This document shows positions 1-8,715 of a stretch of 24,676 nucleotides of DNA, one piece after another. Each line of letters begins with the position of its first letter. Within the stretch, counting starts at the first letter, position 1. Position numbers and translations under genes: made by a program. The stretch spans positions 1-24,676 of the forward strand of contig JAPNQO010000005.1 of the NCBI GenBank assembly GCA_027251445.1. The letters run 5' to 3'. The notes under the pieces were generated by a model. It did no database searches and was not told where the DNA came from. It saw only the letters and a program-made list of their open reading frames with translations. The DNA is from Fidelibacterota bacterium (GTDB lineage Bacteria; Fidelibacterota; Marinisomatia; Marinisomatales; TCS55).

Positions 1-480
1 TTTCTTGCCTCGGTATTAATTGGTATTACAAACCTGATATTTACTATTATTGGTATGTTTCTGGTTGATAAGTTTGGCAGAAAAATTCTTTTAATATGGG
101 GTATGGCAGGAATGGGTATTTCTATGGCTCTTGTAGGTTTTTGTATGGAAAGCAGTGCTATAAGCGCCAAATGGACCTTATTATGGATAATGATTTATAT
201 AGCTTGTTTTGCCATGAGCATTGGTGTAGTCATATGGGTATATTTATCAGAGATATACCCAACAAGAGTTAGAGGGCAAGCTTTATCTGTTGCGACAATG
301 GTCCTTTGGGTAGGTAATGTTATTTTAACACAACTGTTTCCTGTTATGATGGAAATTTTTAGTGGGGGAACATTTTATATTTTTTCAATTATTTGTTTAA
401 TATCATTTATCTTTTTCATAACAATGATAAAAGAGACTAAAAGTCTAAGTTTAGAACAAATTGAAAAAATATGGCTGTGA
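1..480 (+). CDS. Sugar porter family MFS transporter (XylE/AraE-like), C-terminal part, truncated by the left edge
   Basis: Frame is open from base 1 (FLASVLIGITNLIFTIIGMFLVDKFGRK). Sugar-porter motifs VDKFGRK, SEIYPTRVRG and KETKSLSLEQIE are present, with several TM helices. Confidence 0.92.
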   Translation, partial: FLASVLIGITNLIFTIIGMFLVDKFGRKILLIWGMAGMGISMALVGFCMESSAISAKWTLLWIMIYIACFAMSIGVVIWVYLSEIYPTRVRGQALSVATMVLWVGNVILTQLFPVMMEIFSGGTFYIFSIICLISFIFFITMIKETKSLSLEQIEKIWL

Positions 481-511
481 TTAACATAGCAGGTCTAAAA
501 GATAAAAAATA

Positions 512-1465
512 ATGATTTTTGGGGGAATTGATATTGGCGGAACATCGGTCAAGGTTGGTTTTGTAGATAATAATGGCAAAATATTATGTAGCGACTTATT
601 TCATGTGGAGAAAATAAAGGACTATACAAATTTCCTCAAAACATTGCATAATTCAATTATATCATTAATTGGGCATTTAGATAATAATATAATTATTCAA
701 GGGTATGGCGTTGGGTGCCCAGGGAGAATCAACTATCAAGAGGGAAAAGTAATTTGGTGTAGAGGTAAGCTTGAATATATTGAAAATAAACCACTAGGAC
801 CTGATCTAAGCGCCCTGCTTAATAAGCCGGTAGTTTGTGATAATGATGTGAACTCAATTGTTTTAGGTGAGGCATTATTTGGAAAAGGAAAAAATTTAGA
901 TATAGTTATTGGGTTAACCTTTGGGACAGGTGTTGGAGGGGGAATTGTAATTAATGGTGATATTATTAGAGGAGAGCATTTTACTGCCGGACATTTTGGA
1001 TATATGAGTCAAGACTCAACCGGCAGAAAGCATGAAAGTGGAAATTCTGGAGCTGTTGAAATACATGCATCTCATTCTGGTGTCATGTATAAAATAAGAG
1101 AAGCAATGCGATTAGATATTAAAACAACCCTCAAAGAAAAATTAAATGAAAATGGTTTTGGATTTAAGCATATATATGAAGAATCTGCTAGAGGAGACGA
1201 GTTTTCTATAAGACTAGTTAAAGATCTAGAAAATGAGATGTCTATTCTTATAACTAATCTTGTATTTGCGTTTGACCCATCTATAATTTTAGTAGGTGGA
1301 GGATTGTTAAAAGCTGAAAAAAGTATTTTATCAAGAGTTAGAAAAAAAATTAAAAAAAGAATTAGTTTTCTAGAGAGTAAAGAAATAATTATAGAACCTA
1401 TGTCGTCCTATGATAAGGTGGGAATCCTAGGTGGGGCTGCATTAGCAAAAAGAGAGTTGAAATAA
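512..1465 (+). CDS. ROK family sugar kinase with a divergent active site
   Basis: N-terminal GIDIGGT phosphate loop and no HTH. Also GVGCPG, NDVN, GTGVGGGIV and C-terminal GILGGA. The Cys-rich Zn motif is absent. Confidence 0.9.
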   Translation: MIFGGIDIGGTSVKVGFVDNNGKILCSDLFHVEKIKDYTNFLKTLHNSIISLIGHLDNNIIIQGYGVGCPGRINYQEGKVIWCRGKLEYIENKPLGPDLSALLNKPVVCDNDVNSIVLGEALFGKGKNLDIVIGLTFGTGVGGGIVINGDIIRGEHFTAGHFGYMSQDSTGRKHESGNSGAVEIHASHSGVMYKIREAMRLDIKTTLKEKLNENGFGFKHIYEESARGDEFSIRLVKDLENEMSILITNLVFAFDPSIILVGGGLLKAEKSILSRVRKKIKKRISFLESKEIIIEPMSSYDKVGILGGAALAKRELK

Positions 1466-1498
1466 ATAATTATATAATAATATGAAAGGGCGAAGATT

Positions 1499-2269
1499 AT
1501 GAGCGCTGGTTTAGAATATTTTAACAACACTAAAAAATTGATTGATAACCTTTATGAATCAGAGATGGACAATATTATAAAAGCCTCGGAGTTGTGTGCG
1601 AACAGTATTAGTAAAAAGGGTCTTGTTTTCATGTTTGGAGCTGGTCACTCCAGAATTATGTGTGAAGAAATGACTCCACGACAGGGGTGCTTCCCAGGCT
1701 TTTTTGCTCTTGTTGAACATGCTGTTTCTAATCATTCTGCAATTATAGGGCCTAACGGACTCAGAGGACCCATGTTTCTAGAAAAATATGATGGTTATGC
1801 AGAAGAAATATTAAATGGATTCAAATTTGGTAAAAATGATGTGATGATAATTATTTCTGTAAGTGGCATAAGGCCTTTAATTGTTGAAATGGCTACAGGA
1901 GCTAGAAAGCGTGGATTGCCAGTTATCAGTATGGTCTCTAGAAAACATTGTGAATCATCAAAGGCTGGCCATAAAAGTGGGAAAAAATTAATTGATGTGT
2001 CTGATATAGTTATTGATAGTCAATGTCCTCCCGGTGATTGTGTAATTGAATTAGAGGGAATTGAATGGAAAACTGGACCCGTATCAACTGTTATGGGTGC
2101 TCTGATTACAAATATGATTAGATGTGAAGTTGCTGAAAGATTAATAAAAAAGGGTATAAAACTAGAATTACTGCCAAGCCATCAAGCTGTAGGGAACCCA
2201 AAGGTTCATGATCAACTTGAAAAGTTTTATGAATCTTATAGATTAAGCCTGTCTCATCTTTTTCAATAA
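1499..2269 (+). CDS. SIS-domain sugar-phosphate isomerase family protein (UPF0309-like)
   Basis: FGAGHS, IISVSG and SKAGHKSGKKLIDVSDIVID..PPGD motifs. It follows a transporter and a kinase. Confidence 0.85.
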   Translation: MSAGLEYFNNTKKLIDNLYESEMDNIIKASELCANSISKKGLVFMFGAGHSRIMCEEMTPRQGCFPGFFALVEHAVSNHSAIIGPNGLRGPMFLEKYDGYAEEILNGFKFGKNDVMIIISVSGIRPLIVEMATGARKRGLPVISMVSRKHCESSKAGHKSGKKLIDVSDIVIDSQCPPGDCVIELEGIEWKTGPVSTVMGALITNMIRCEVAERLIKKGIKLELLPSHQAVGNPKVHDQLEKFYESYRLSLSHLFQ

Positions 2270-2270
2270 A

Positions 2271-3110
2271 TCAATCTTTCTCGCGAGTCTGATATAACTT
2301 TCTGCTAGATGCATATAATGTATCTTTTTCTTCTTTACTTAGGGCTTCATAGCCAACCTTGTTTATCTTGTCTAAGATATGATCTACTTCTTGCTGAAGC
2401 TTAACTCTTTTTTCTTCATTTTTGTTTTTAATTGTATAACTAAGCTCTGTAAAGTATTTACGTATAGAAAATTTTATATCTTTTATTCTCCAAAAATAAC
2501 GTAAATATATGTATCCAATTAATACAGCTGAGAGATGAGTTATATGACTAATATCAGATGTAGAATTCATTGATAGGATAAATTCGGTCGCAACTAAAAT
2601 CATTACTAAGTATTTAACTTTTATGGGTAGTAGGAAATAGATATAAACTGTCCGATTCGGGAACATCATTCCAAAGGCTAATAATATACCATAAACAGCG
2701 CCGCTCGCACCTGCCAGTACATAGTTAGCATTACTTAAATTTAGTATTAACCATAAAAGGCCAGATCCGACGCCTGTAAAAAAATAATATTTTAAAAATG
2801 ATCTTCTACCCCATATTGATTCTAATTCAGAGCCAAACATCCATAATACAAACATATTAAAAAATACATGCAAAAAATCTTTGTGAATAAAAAGATATGT
2901 GAATGGTTGCCATATCCTTGGCCACACAGTGCTTGGTGATAATCCAAACAAGTCTACTACTGGATTAAAAAAAGGAGTTGAAGGGTCTTGTGAAATTATT
3001 TTTAACAAAAATATAATTATGTTTGACCATACAATAACTTTTATTGCTTCTGTAAAAATTTTTGGTCTAAAGGAAAAGTCTCCTTGTTCAGATTGTAGCT
3101 GGTAGCGCAT
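2271..3110 (-). CDS. Rhomboid family intramembrane serine protease with a DUF6576-like C-terminal tail
   Basis: WQPFTYLFIH..HVFFNM, catalytic GASG and SHITHL. The tail EVDHILDKINKVGYEALSKEEK is typical of FCB rhomboids. Confidence 0.92.
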   Translation of the reverse strand: MRYQLQSEQGDFSFRPKIFTEAIKVIVWSNIIIFLLKIISQDPSTPFFNPVVDLFGLSPSTVWPRIWQPFTYLFIHKDFLHVFFNMFVLWMFGSELESIWGRRSFLKYYFFTGVGSGLLWLILNLSNANYVLAGASGAVYGILLAFGMMFPNRTVYIYFLLPIKVKYLVMILVATEFILSMNSTSDISHITHLSAVLIGYIYLRYFWRIKDIKFSIRKYFTELSYTIKNKNEEKRVKLQQEVDHILDKINKVGYEALSKEEKDTLYASSRKLYQTREKD

Positions 3111-3165
3111 TTATAATTATATATATAAAGTAATTTATTTTAAAAAAGTAATTTTTCTATAATAA

Positions 3166-3870
3166 TCAAGCAGTAACTAAAGCTTTTAATACACGAAGGG
3201 ATTTTAAATCATGCAAACCATCAAAATGGTAATTTAAACAAGAATTGATATATTGACTTATAATTCTTCTATCTTCTAAGGAAACATTTAGCTTTTCAAT
3301 TTTTTTTATAAAACCATCTTCAAGTATGTTACCTGATAGTAGTGTAGATAAAATATTCTTACTGTTTGGTCCTTTGTTTGGGTCTGGTAAATCCAAGCCA
3401 GGTAAATTATTAGTTAAATCTGTTTTGAAGCCCTGCAGATCTAATAATCTTAACTGATAATACCAAAAAATTAGATTTAATTGCATCTGCTGTAAATCAA
3501 TTACTTTTAATATGTTAATAAGTTCATCAAACAATCTTTGGTTAGGGTCTTCATCAATTATAGTTTTTTCTGTCAATTCAACTATAGCCATTCCATATGC
3601 AATGCGCTTTAGATCTTTATATATGTTTAAATATGTTGATGAAAAACTTGCTTTTGTTACAAAATGTAGGTCTCTCCTCTTGTTATGGCTAAAAACTAAA
3701 TCTAAATGGCTCATTGGTTCATAAAATGCACTTTGAGGTGATTTTTTTCTTTTAGCTCCTCTAATTATAAAACTTAGTTTACCCATTTCTTTAGTAAAGC
3801 ATCGTGCAATAATACTAGTATCACTATAAGAAAACCGCCTTAGAACAATTGCAGACGAATGAATAATCAT
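3166..3870 (-). CDS. recO: DNA repair protein RecO
   Basis: AIVLRRFSYSDTSIIARCFTKEMGKLSFIIRGAKRKKS N-terminal OB fold. The C-terminus ends in LKSLRVL. Confidence 0.92.
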   Translation of the reverse strand: MIIHSSAIVLRRFSYSDTSIIARCFTKEMGKLSFIIRGAKRKKSPQSAFYEPMSHLDLVFSHNKRRDLHFVTKASFSSTYLNIYKDLKRIAYGMAIVELTEKTIIDEDPNQRLFDELINILKVIDLQQMQLNLIFWYYQLRLLDLQGFKTDLTNNLPGLDLPDPNKGPNSKNILSTLLSGNILEDGFIKKIEKLNVSLEDRRIISQYINSCLNYHFDGLHDLKSLRVLKALVTA

Positions 3871-3872
3871 AA

Positions 3873-5345
3873 TTAATATGCTTTTGCAAAAATAACTTCA
3901 TATAAAGCATCTTTTCCAGAGTAGACACATTTCATCCCTTTTGGGTTGCTATCAAAGGGTATACATCTAATTGTTGCTTTAGTTTCATTTTTTATGGCAG
4001 TTTCAGTTTCTTCAGAACCATCCCATCCACATCGAATAAAACCACCGGTTTTATTGATTATATCTTTGAACTCGTTATAGCTTTTTACTTTATATGTATT
4101 TTTATCTCTAAAATCTGTTGCTTTATGTAAAATATTTTTTTGGATTTCATCTAATAAGTTTTGAATTGATTTAAGCAGTTTATCCAATTTAACCGATTGC
4201 TTATGACCAGAGTCTCTTCTAGCCAAAACTACTTCCCGATTGGAAACGTCTCTTACTCCAATCTCAAGTCGTATCGGAACACCTTTTAACTCCCATTCAT
4301 TAAATTTGAAGCCAGGAGAATTATTAGAATCATCTACTTTAATACGTATTTCTTTTTTAAGACATTGGCTTACAATATCATTAACATGTGCCATGACTGT
4401 TTCTTTATCAGCATCAGTTTTTGCTATAGGAATAATAATTACTTGTATTGGTGCAATTTTTGGAGGCAGGACTAGTCCATTATCATCTCCATGCGCCATA
4501 ACAACGCCCCCAACCAGCCTGGTACTTACACCCCAGCTTGTAGCAAAAACAAATTCTTCCTTATTTTCACGATCTTGAAAAGTTACATCAAAAGCTTTAG
4601 CAAAGTTTTGACCCAAATTATGTGAGGTCCCTGCTTGTAAAGCCCTTTTATCTCCCATCATTGCTTCGATTGAATAAGTTTTTTCTGCACCTGCAAATTT
4701 TTCTGCATCTGTTTTAATTCCTGTTAAAACAGGTATCGCTAAATAGTCTTCTGCAAGGTTTTGATAAAAACTCAGTATATTTAATGTTTCTTGTTCTGCT
4801 TCTTCGTTTGTTTCATGTGCCGTATGACCTTCTTGCCATAAAAACTCTGTTGTACGTAAAAACAATCTTGTTCGCATCTCCCAACGAACAACATTTGCCC
4901 ATTGATTAATTAAAAGAGGAAGGTCTCGATACGATTGTATCCATTTTTTGTACATAGCCCAAATTACTGTTTCAGATGTTGGGCGAACAATTACCTCTTC
5001 TTCAAGTTTTGACTCAGGGTCCACCTCTACGCCCTGTCCATCTTCAGTTGTACGAAGCCTATGATGTGTAACTACAGCGCATTCTTTTGCAAACCCTTCC
5101 ACATGCTTTGCTTCACTAGCTAAAAATGATTTTGGTATAAATAATGGGAAATATGCATTCACATGCCCACTATCTTTTAGCATTTTATCAAGCGCTGATT
5201 TGATGTTTTCCCATAATTCATATCCATAAGGCTTAATGACCATAGTCCCTTTAACGGGGCCATAATCCGCAAGGCCAGATTTTATTATCACATCTGTATA
5301 CCACGTTGCATAGTTATCTTTTTGAGAAGTTATACCTTTAGACAT
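3873..5345 (-). CDS. proS: Proline--tRNA ligase, archaeal/eukaryotic type (no inserted editing domain)
   Basis: VRPTSET, QWANVVRWEMRTRLFLRTTEFLWQEGHT, QAGTSHNLGQNF, TSWGVSTR and C-terminal FAKAY. Confidence 0.98.
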   Translation of the reverse strand: MSKGITSQKDNYATWYTDVIIKSGLADYGPVKGTMVIKPYGYELWENIKSALDKMLKDSGHVNAYFPLFIPKSFLASEAKHVEGFAKECAVVTHHRLRTTEDGQGVEVDPESKLEEEVIVRPTSETVIWAMYKKWIQSYRDLPLLINQWANVVRWEMRTRLFLRTTEFLWQEGHTAHETNEEAEQETLNILSFYQNLAEDYLAIPVLTGIKTDAEKFAGAEKTYSIEAMMGDKRALQAGTSHNLGQNFAKAFDVTFQDRENKEEFVFATSWGVSTRLVGGVVMAHGDDNGLVLPPKIAPIQVIIIPIAKTDADKETVMAHVNDIVSQCLKKEIRIKVDDSNNSPGFKFNEWELKGVPIRLEIGVRDVSNREVVLARRDSGHKQSVKLDKLLKSIQNLLDEIQKNILHKATDFRDKNTYKVKSYNEFKDIINKTGGFIRCGWDGSEETETAIKNETKATIRCIPFDSNPKGMKCVYSGKDALYEVIFAKAY

Positions 5346-5467
5346 TATAATGATTTGTTAAATTAGTTATAGAGAAATTAGCGGACATCAATAGGGCATT
5401 CAATACAAAGTTGCTAATCATACATTTTCTTAAATAAATATTAATACTATTTTCTTTCATATAATTA

Positions 5468-7081
5468 ATGAAAAAGACAGCTTTTGTAGCCAAACTATAT
5501 TTTTTCTATCTTTTAATAATAATTTCATGTAATGATCCAATGATAACTGTTCTAAGCAATTGTAGTATTCCCAGTCACCCTGAGGCAAACTCAATATCTT
5601 TATCAAATGGAAAAGTATTATCTATCGGTAATAACCTATCAGGTGATGAAATAATTGACCTTAATGGCGGCTATGTTTATCCAGGCTTTTCTGATTCTCA
5701 TATGCATCTTGTCGGTTATGGCAAGTCTTTAGAGAAGTTAGATCTTGTTGGGACAAAAAGTGTTTTGGAAATAACTGAGATAGTGGCTAAAGCTTATGAT
5801 AAATCGAAAATATGGATTGAAGGCCGAGGGTGGGATCAAAATGATTGGAAAGAAATTAAATTTCCAACAAAGGAAGATTTAGATCTAGTTGCAAAAGATC
5901 AACCTGTCTATTTAAGAAGAATTGATGGACATGCTGCTTGGGTTAATTCAAAAGTATTATCAATCTGTGGAATTGATGAAAAAACAAAGGACCCAAAAGG
6001 AGGGAAAATTATAAGAGATGAGAATGGGTTTCCCACTGGCATATTTATTGATAATGCTATTGATTTAATTGATGAGTTTATACCTAATGATGATACTCAT
6101 GATAAGAAAAGGTACATAAAAAAAGCTGTTAAAAAGCTTAATAGGTTTGGATTAACCTCTATTCATGATGCCGGTACAGACATTGAAACAATTACGATAT
6201 TAAAAGAATTAATTAAAGAAAATAAACTGTCTATTCGTGTTAATGCCATGTTGAATAACAATATAAACGATTATCAAAATTATATGGATAATGGGCCAGA
6301 AAATTTTAATGATTATTTATTTGTGCAAAGTGTAAAAATATATTTTGATGGAGCCATGGGGTCAAGAGGGGCGTATCTATTAGAACCATATTCCGATGAT
6401 CCAAATAATATTGGTCTTACCATTACAGGCGAAGAACAAATTCGTAAAAAAGTAAAAATATTTAATGATGCAGGCTTGCAAGTAGCTATACATTGTATTG
6501 GAGATAAAGCTAATCGGTTAGTTTTAAATATTTTTGAAGAAAATGGTTATAGACCATTAAGAAACCGTATAGAGCATGCACAAATTATTCATAGTGAAGA
6601 CATCAAGAGATTTAAGGAATTAGAAGTTATTCCATCTATGCAAGCAATACATTGTACAAGTGACATGTATTGGATAGATGAAAGATTGGGCCCTGACAGA
6701 GTTCATCAATCTTATCCGTGGCAATCTTTGTTAAAAGCAGGATCCATCATCCCTGGTGGGTCTGATGCTCCAGTTGAAATTCCAGATCCTCTTTTAGGGA
6801 TTTACGCTGCAACTACAAGAAAAGATTTAGATGGTTGGCCTGAAAACGGATGGCTTTCAAATGAAAAGATGTCCATTGATCAAGCAATATCATCTATTAC
6901 GGAATGGAGTGCGTATAGCATGTTTGCTGAAAGCTTTTATGGATCAATTGAAAAAGATTATTTAGCTGACTTTACAGTTTTAAACAAAAATCTAAGTTTA
7001 ATAGATCCGGATGATATACCAGAAGTAAAGGTCCTTTATACTTTTGTTGATGGAAAAATTGTTTATCAAAATGATAAGTAA
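5468..7081 (+). CDS. Amidohydrolase (YtcJ-like/Amidohydro_3), probable lipoprotein
   Basis: PGFSDSHMH, DGHAAWVNS, KIYFDGAMGSRGA, HCIGD, RIEHAQ and GSDAP. Signal peptide ends in a lipobox-like IISC. Confidence 0.9.
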   Translation: MKKTAFVAKLYFFYLLIIISCNDPMITVLSNCSIPSHPEANSISLSNGKVLSIGNNLSGDEIIDLNGGYVYPGFSDSHMHLVGYGKSLEKLDLVGTKSVLEITEIVAKAYDKSKIWIEGRGWDQNDWKEIKFPTKEDLDLVAKDQPVYLRRIDGHAAWVNSKVLSICGIDEKTKDPKGGKIIRDENGFPTGIFIDNAIDLIDEFIPNDDTHDKKRYIKKAVKKLNRFGLTSIHDAGTDIETITILKELIKENKLSIRVNAMLNNNINDYQNYMDNGPENFNDYLFVQSVKIYFDGAMGSRGAYLLEPYSDDPNNIGLTITGEEQIRKKVKIFNDAGLQVAIHCIGDKANRLVLNIFEENGYRPLRNRIEHAQIIHSEDIKRFKELEVIPSMQAIHCTSDMYWIDERLGPDRVHQSYPWQSLLKAGSIIPGGSDAPVEIPDPLLGIYAATTRKDLDGWPENGWLSNEKMSIDQAISSITEWSAYSMFAESFYGSIEKDYLADFTVLNKNLSLIDPDDIPEVKVLYTFVDGKIVYQNDK

Positions 7082-7832
7082 TAGAGAAATTAAAACCCTT
7101 ATGAGCCTATCAACAAAAAAAGGTCGTAAAGAATCAGGCAAATATTTAATTGAAGGATTTAGAATAACACGATCAGCATTACGTAATAAAGCACCTGTGT
7201 TAAAAATTTATATAACAGATAAGTTTAAATCCTCTAATGATTTTCAACAAATTTTCTCTTTGATTCCTAAAAAAGTTGATGTCATAGTTTTAGAAGAAAA
7301 AATTATAAAAAGTATATGTCAAACATTACACCCTTCTGGTGTTTTTGCAACGTGTCTTCTAAAAAATGATATAAAAAAAACTAAACTGATAATTGATAAT
7401 TGCATCTATTTAGATGAGGTTTCAGATCCTGGTAACTTAGGCACCATATTACGATCTGCAGCATGGTTTGGAATTAAAAATGTTGCCCTGTCGCCAAAAT
7501 GCGTAGATGTTTTCAACCCTAAGGTTGTACGTAGTGGTATGGGTGCACATTTTATGTTAAATATTTTAAGAAATTCTGACCTACATGAATTTCAAAAAAA
7601 TAATTTTTGTATTCTTGGGGCAGATCAAAATGGACCCCCTATGTACGACTTTTATAATAATAATAAAAAGTGGGTGTTAGTTATAGGGAGTGAGGGTCAT
7701 GGGATTTCTGAAACTAATAAAAAATTTATTGATCATTTTTTATCAATCCCCTCTACTGGATCTGGGGACTCATTAAATGCATCTATAGCTGGTAGTATTT
7801 TGATGCACCACTTAATAAATACTAAAAACTGA
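7071..7832 (+). CDS. TrmH/SpoU family RNA 2'-O-methyltransferase
   Basis: DPGNLGTILRSA, VRSGMG, IGSEGHGIS and SLNASIA SPOUT motifs. ATG at 7071 (MISNREIK) is preferred over the TTG at 7044. Confidence 0.93.
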   Translation: MISNREIKTLMSLSTKKGRKESGKYLIEGFRITRSALRNKAPVLKIYITDKFKSSNDFQQIFSLIPKKVDVIVLEEKIIKSICQTLHPSGVFATCLLKNDIKKTKLIIDNCIYLDEVSDPGNLGTILRSAAWFGIKNVALSPKCVDVFNPKVVRSGMGAHFMLNILRNSDLHEFQKNNFCILGADQNGPPMYDFYNNNKKWVLVIGSEGHGISETNKKFIDHFLSIPSTGSGDSLNASIAGSILMHHLINTKN

Positions 7833-7915
7833 ACTTCTTTTGTTTAAAGGTCAATAACCGTAATTTTTATAAATGGAAATACAAGAACAGGATAAACCTG
7901 GGCCTGATCTGATAT

Positions 7916-8713
7916 ATGAACCAAACAATTTCAGTCAAACTTGCATTCGGAGTAGTAATTTTTTCTGTACTCTCCTCGCTCATAATTGCATCAATTATTG
8001 CGGCAGCAGGAACCGTACAGCCAAACGAGCATAGCCAAAACACATACAACTATATTGCTCTTTTTGTTGGTCAGGGCTTTATGATAATTCCACTTCTGCT
8101 ATTTTTAATTAGCAGAAATGAACCAATTATAGAAAGCTTAAGATTAAATTCAATATCATTATCAACGCTCATTAGTGCAATATGTATTTCCATGGGCTTA
8201 ATCCCTGTTGTAGATGAGATGGATCGAATTCTTTCTTTTGTTTTTGGGACTGAAGAAGAATTAGCTCAATTAACCGATATTCTAATTATTGATTACTCAT
8301 TTATAGGGATCCTTTTATCTACCACTATTGTTGTATTAGCGCCCTTTGGAGAAGAACTTTTATTTCGTGGTTTTTTACAAAAAAAATTAGAAGAGTCGTG
8401 GAAGGATATTACAAGGGCTGTATTAGTTACAAGTTTGTTTTTTGCATTTATACATATGAACCCGGTTTGGATAATACAAATATATCTTCTAGGTGTTATT
8501 CTCGGTTATCTTGCTTGGAAAACGGGATCTATTCTAACCAGCCTAGTACTTCATAGTTTAAATAATGGGGCAGCGCTAGTTTTAACTAATTATTCTGAAT
8601 CAATAAATCCTTATTATCTTTGGAACAATCATGTTTCTCCTATATTTCTTGTATTAGCAATATGTAGTTTATCATTTGGTTTTTATAATTTAAATAAATC
8701 GGTGCAGGTATAG
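7916..8713 (+). CDS. CPBP/CAAX (Abi) family intramembrane glutamic protease. The true start may be 7873 via a frameshift.
   Basis: EELLFRG, FFAFIH and HSLNN motifs with multiple TM segments. Confidence 0.9.
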   Translation: MNQTISVKLAFGVVIFSVLSSLIIASIIAAAGTVQPNEHSQNTYNYIALFVGQGFMIIPLLLFLISRNEPIIESLRLNSISLSTLISAICISMGLIPVVDEMDRILSFVFGTEEELAQLTDILIIDYSFIGILLSTTIVVLAPFGEELLFRGFLQKKLEESWKDITRAVLVTSLFFAFIHMNPVWIIQIYLLGVILGYLAWKTGSILTSLVLHSLNNGAALVLTNYSESINPYYLWNNHVSPIFLVLAICSLSFGFYNLNKSVQV

Positions 8714-8715
8714 CT

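Noticed and set aside
3127..3154. Direct repeat AAAGTAATTT x2 between recO and the rhomboid gene
   Set aside because: It is only 10 bp in an extremely AT-rich gap, so chance is likely.
5346..5467. Divergent promoter elements between proS and the amidohydrolase gene (TTGCTA, TATAAT)
   Set aside because: Promoters must lie here, but I could not identify a correctly spaced -35/-10 pair against the AT-rich background.
7916..8713. CPBP/'Abi' protein as an anti-phage defence gene
   Set aside because: The family name is misleading. The protease motifs are ordinary and the neighbourhood is housekeeping with no defence genes.
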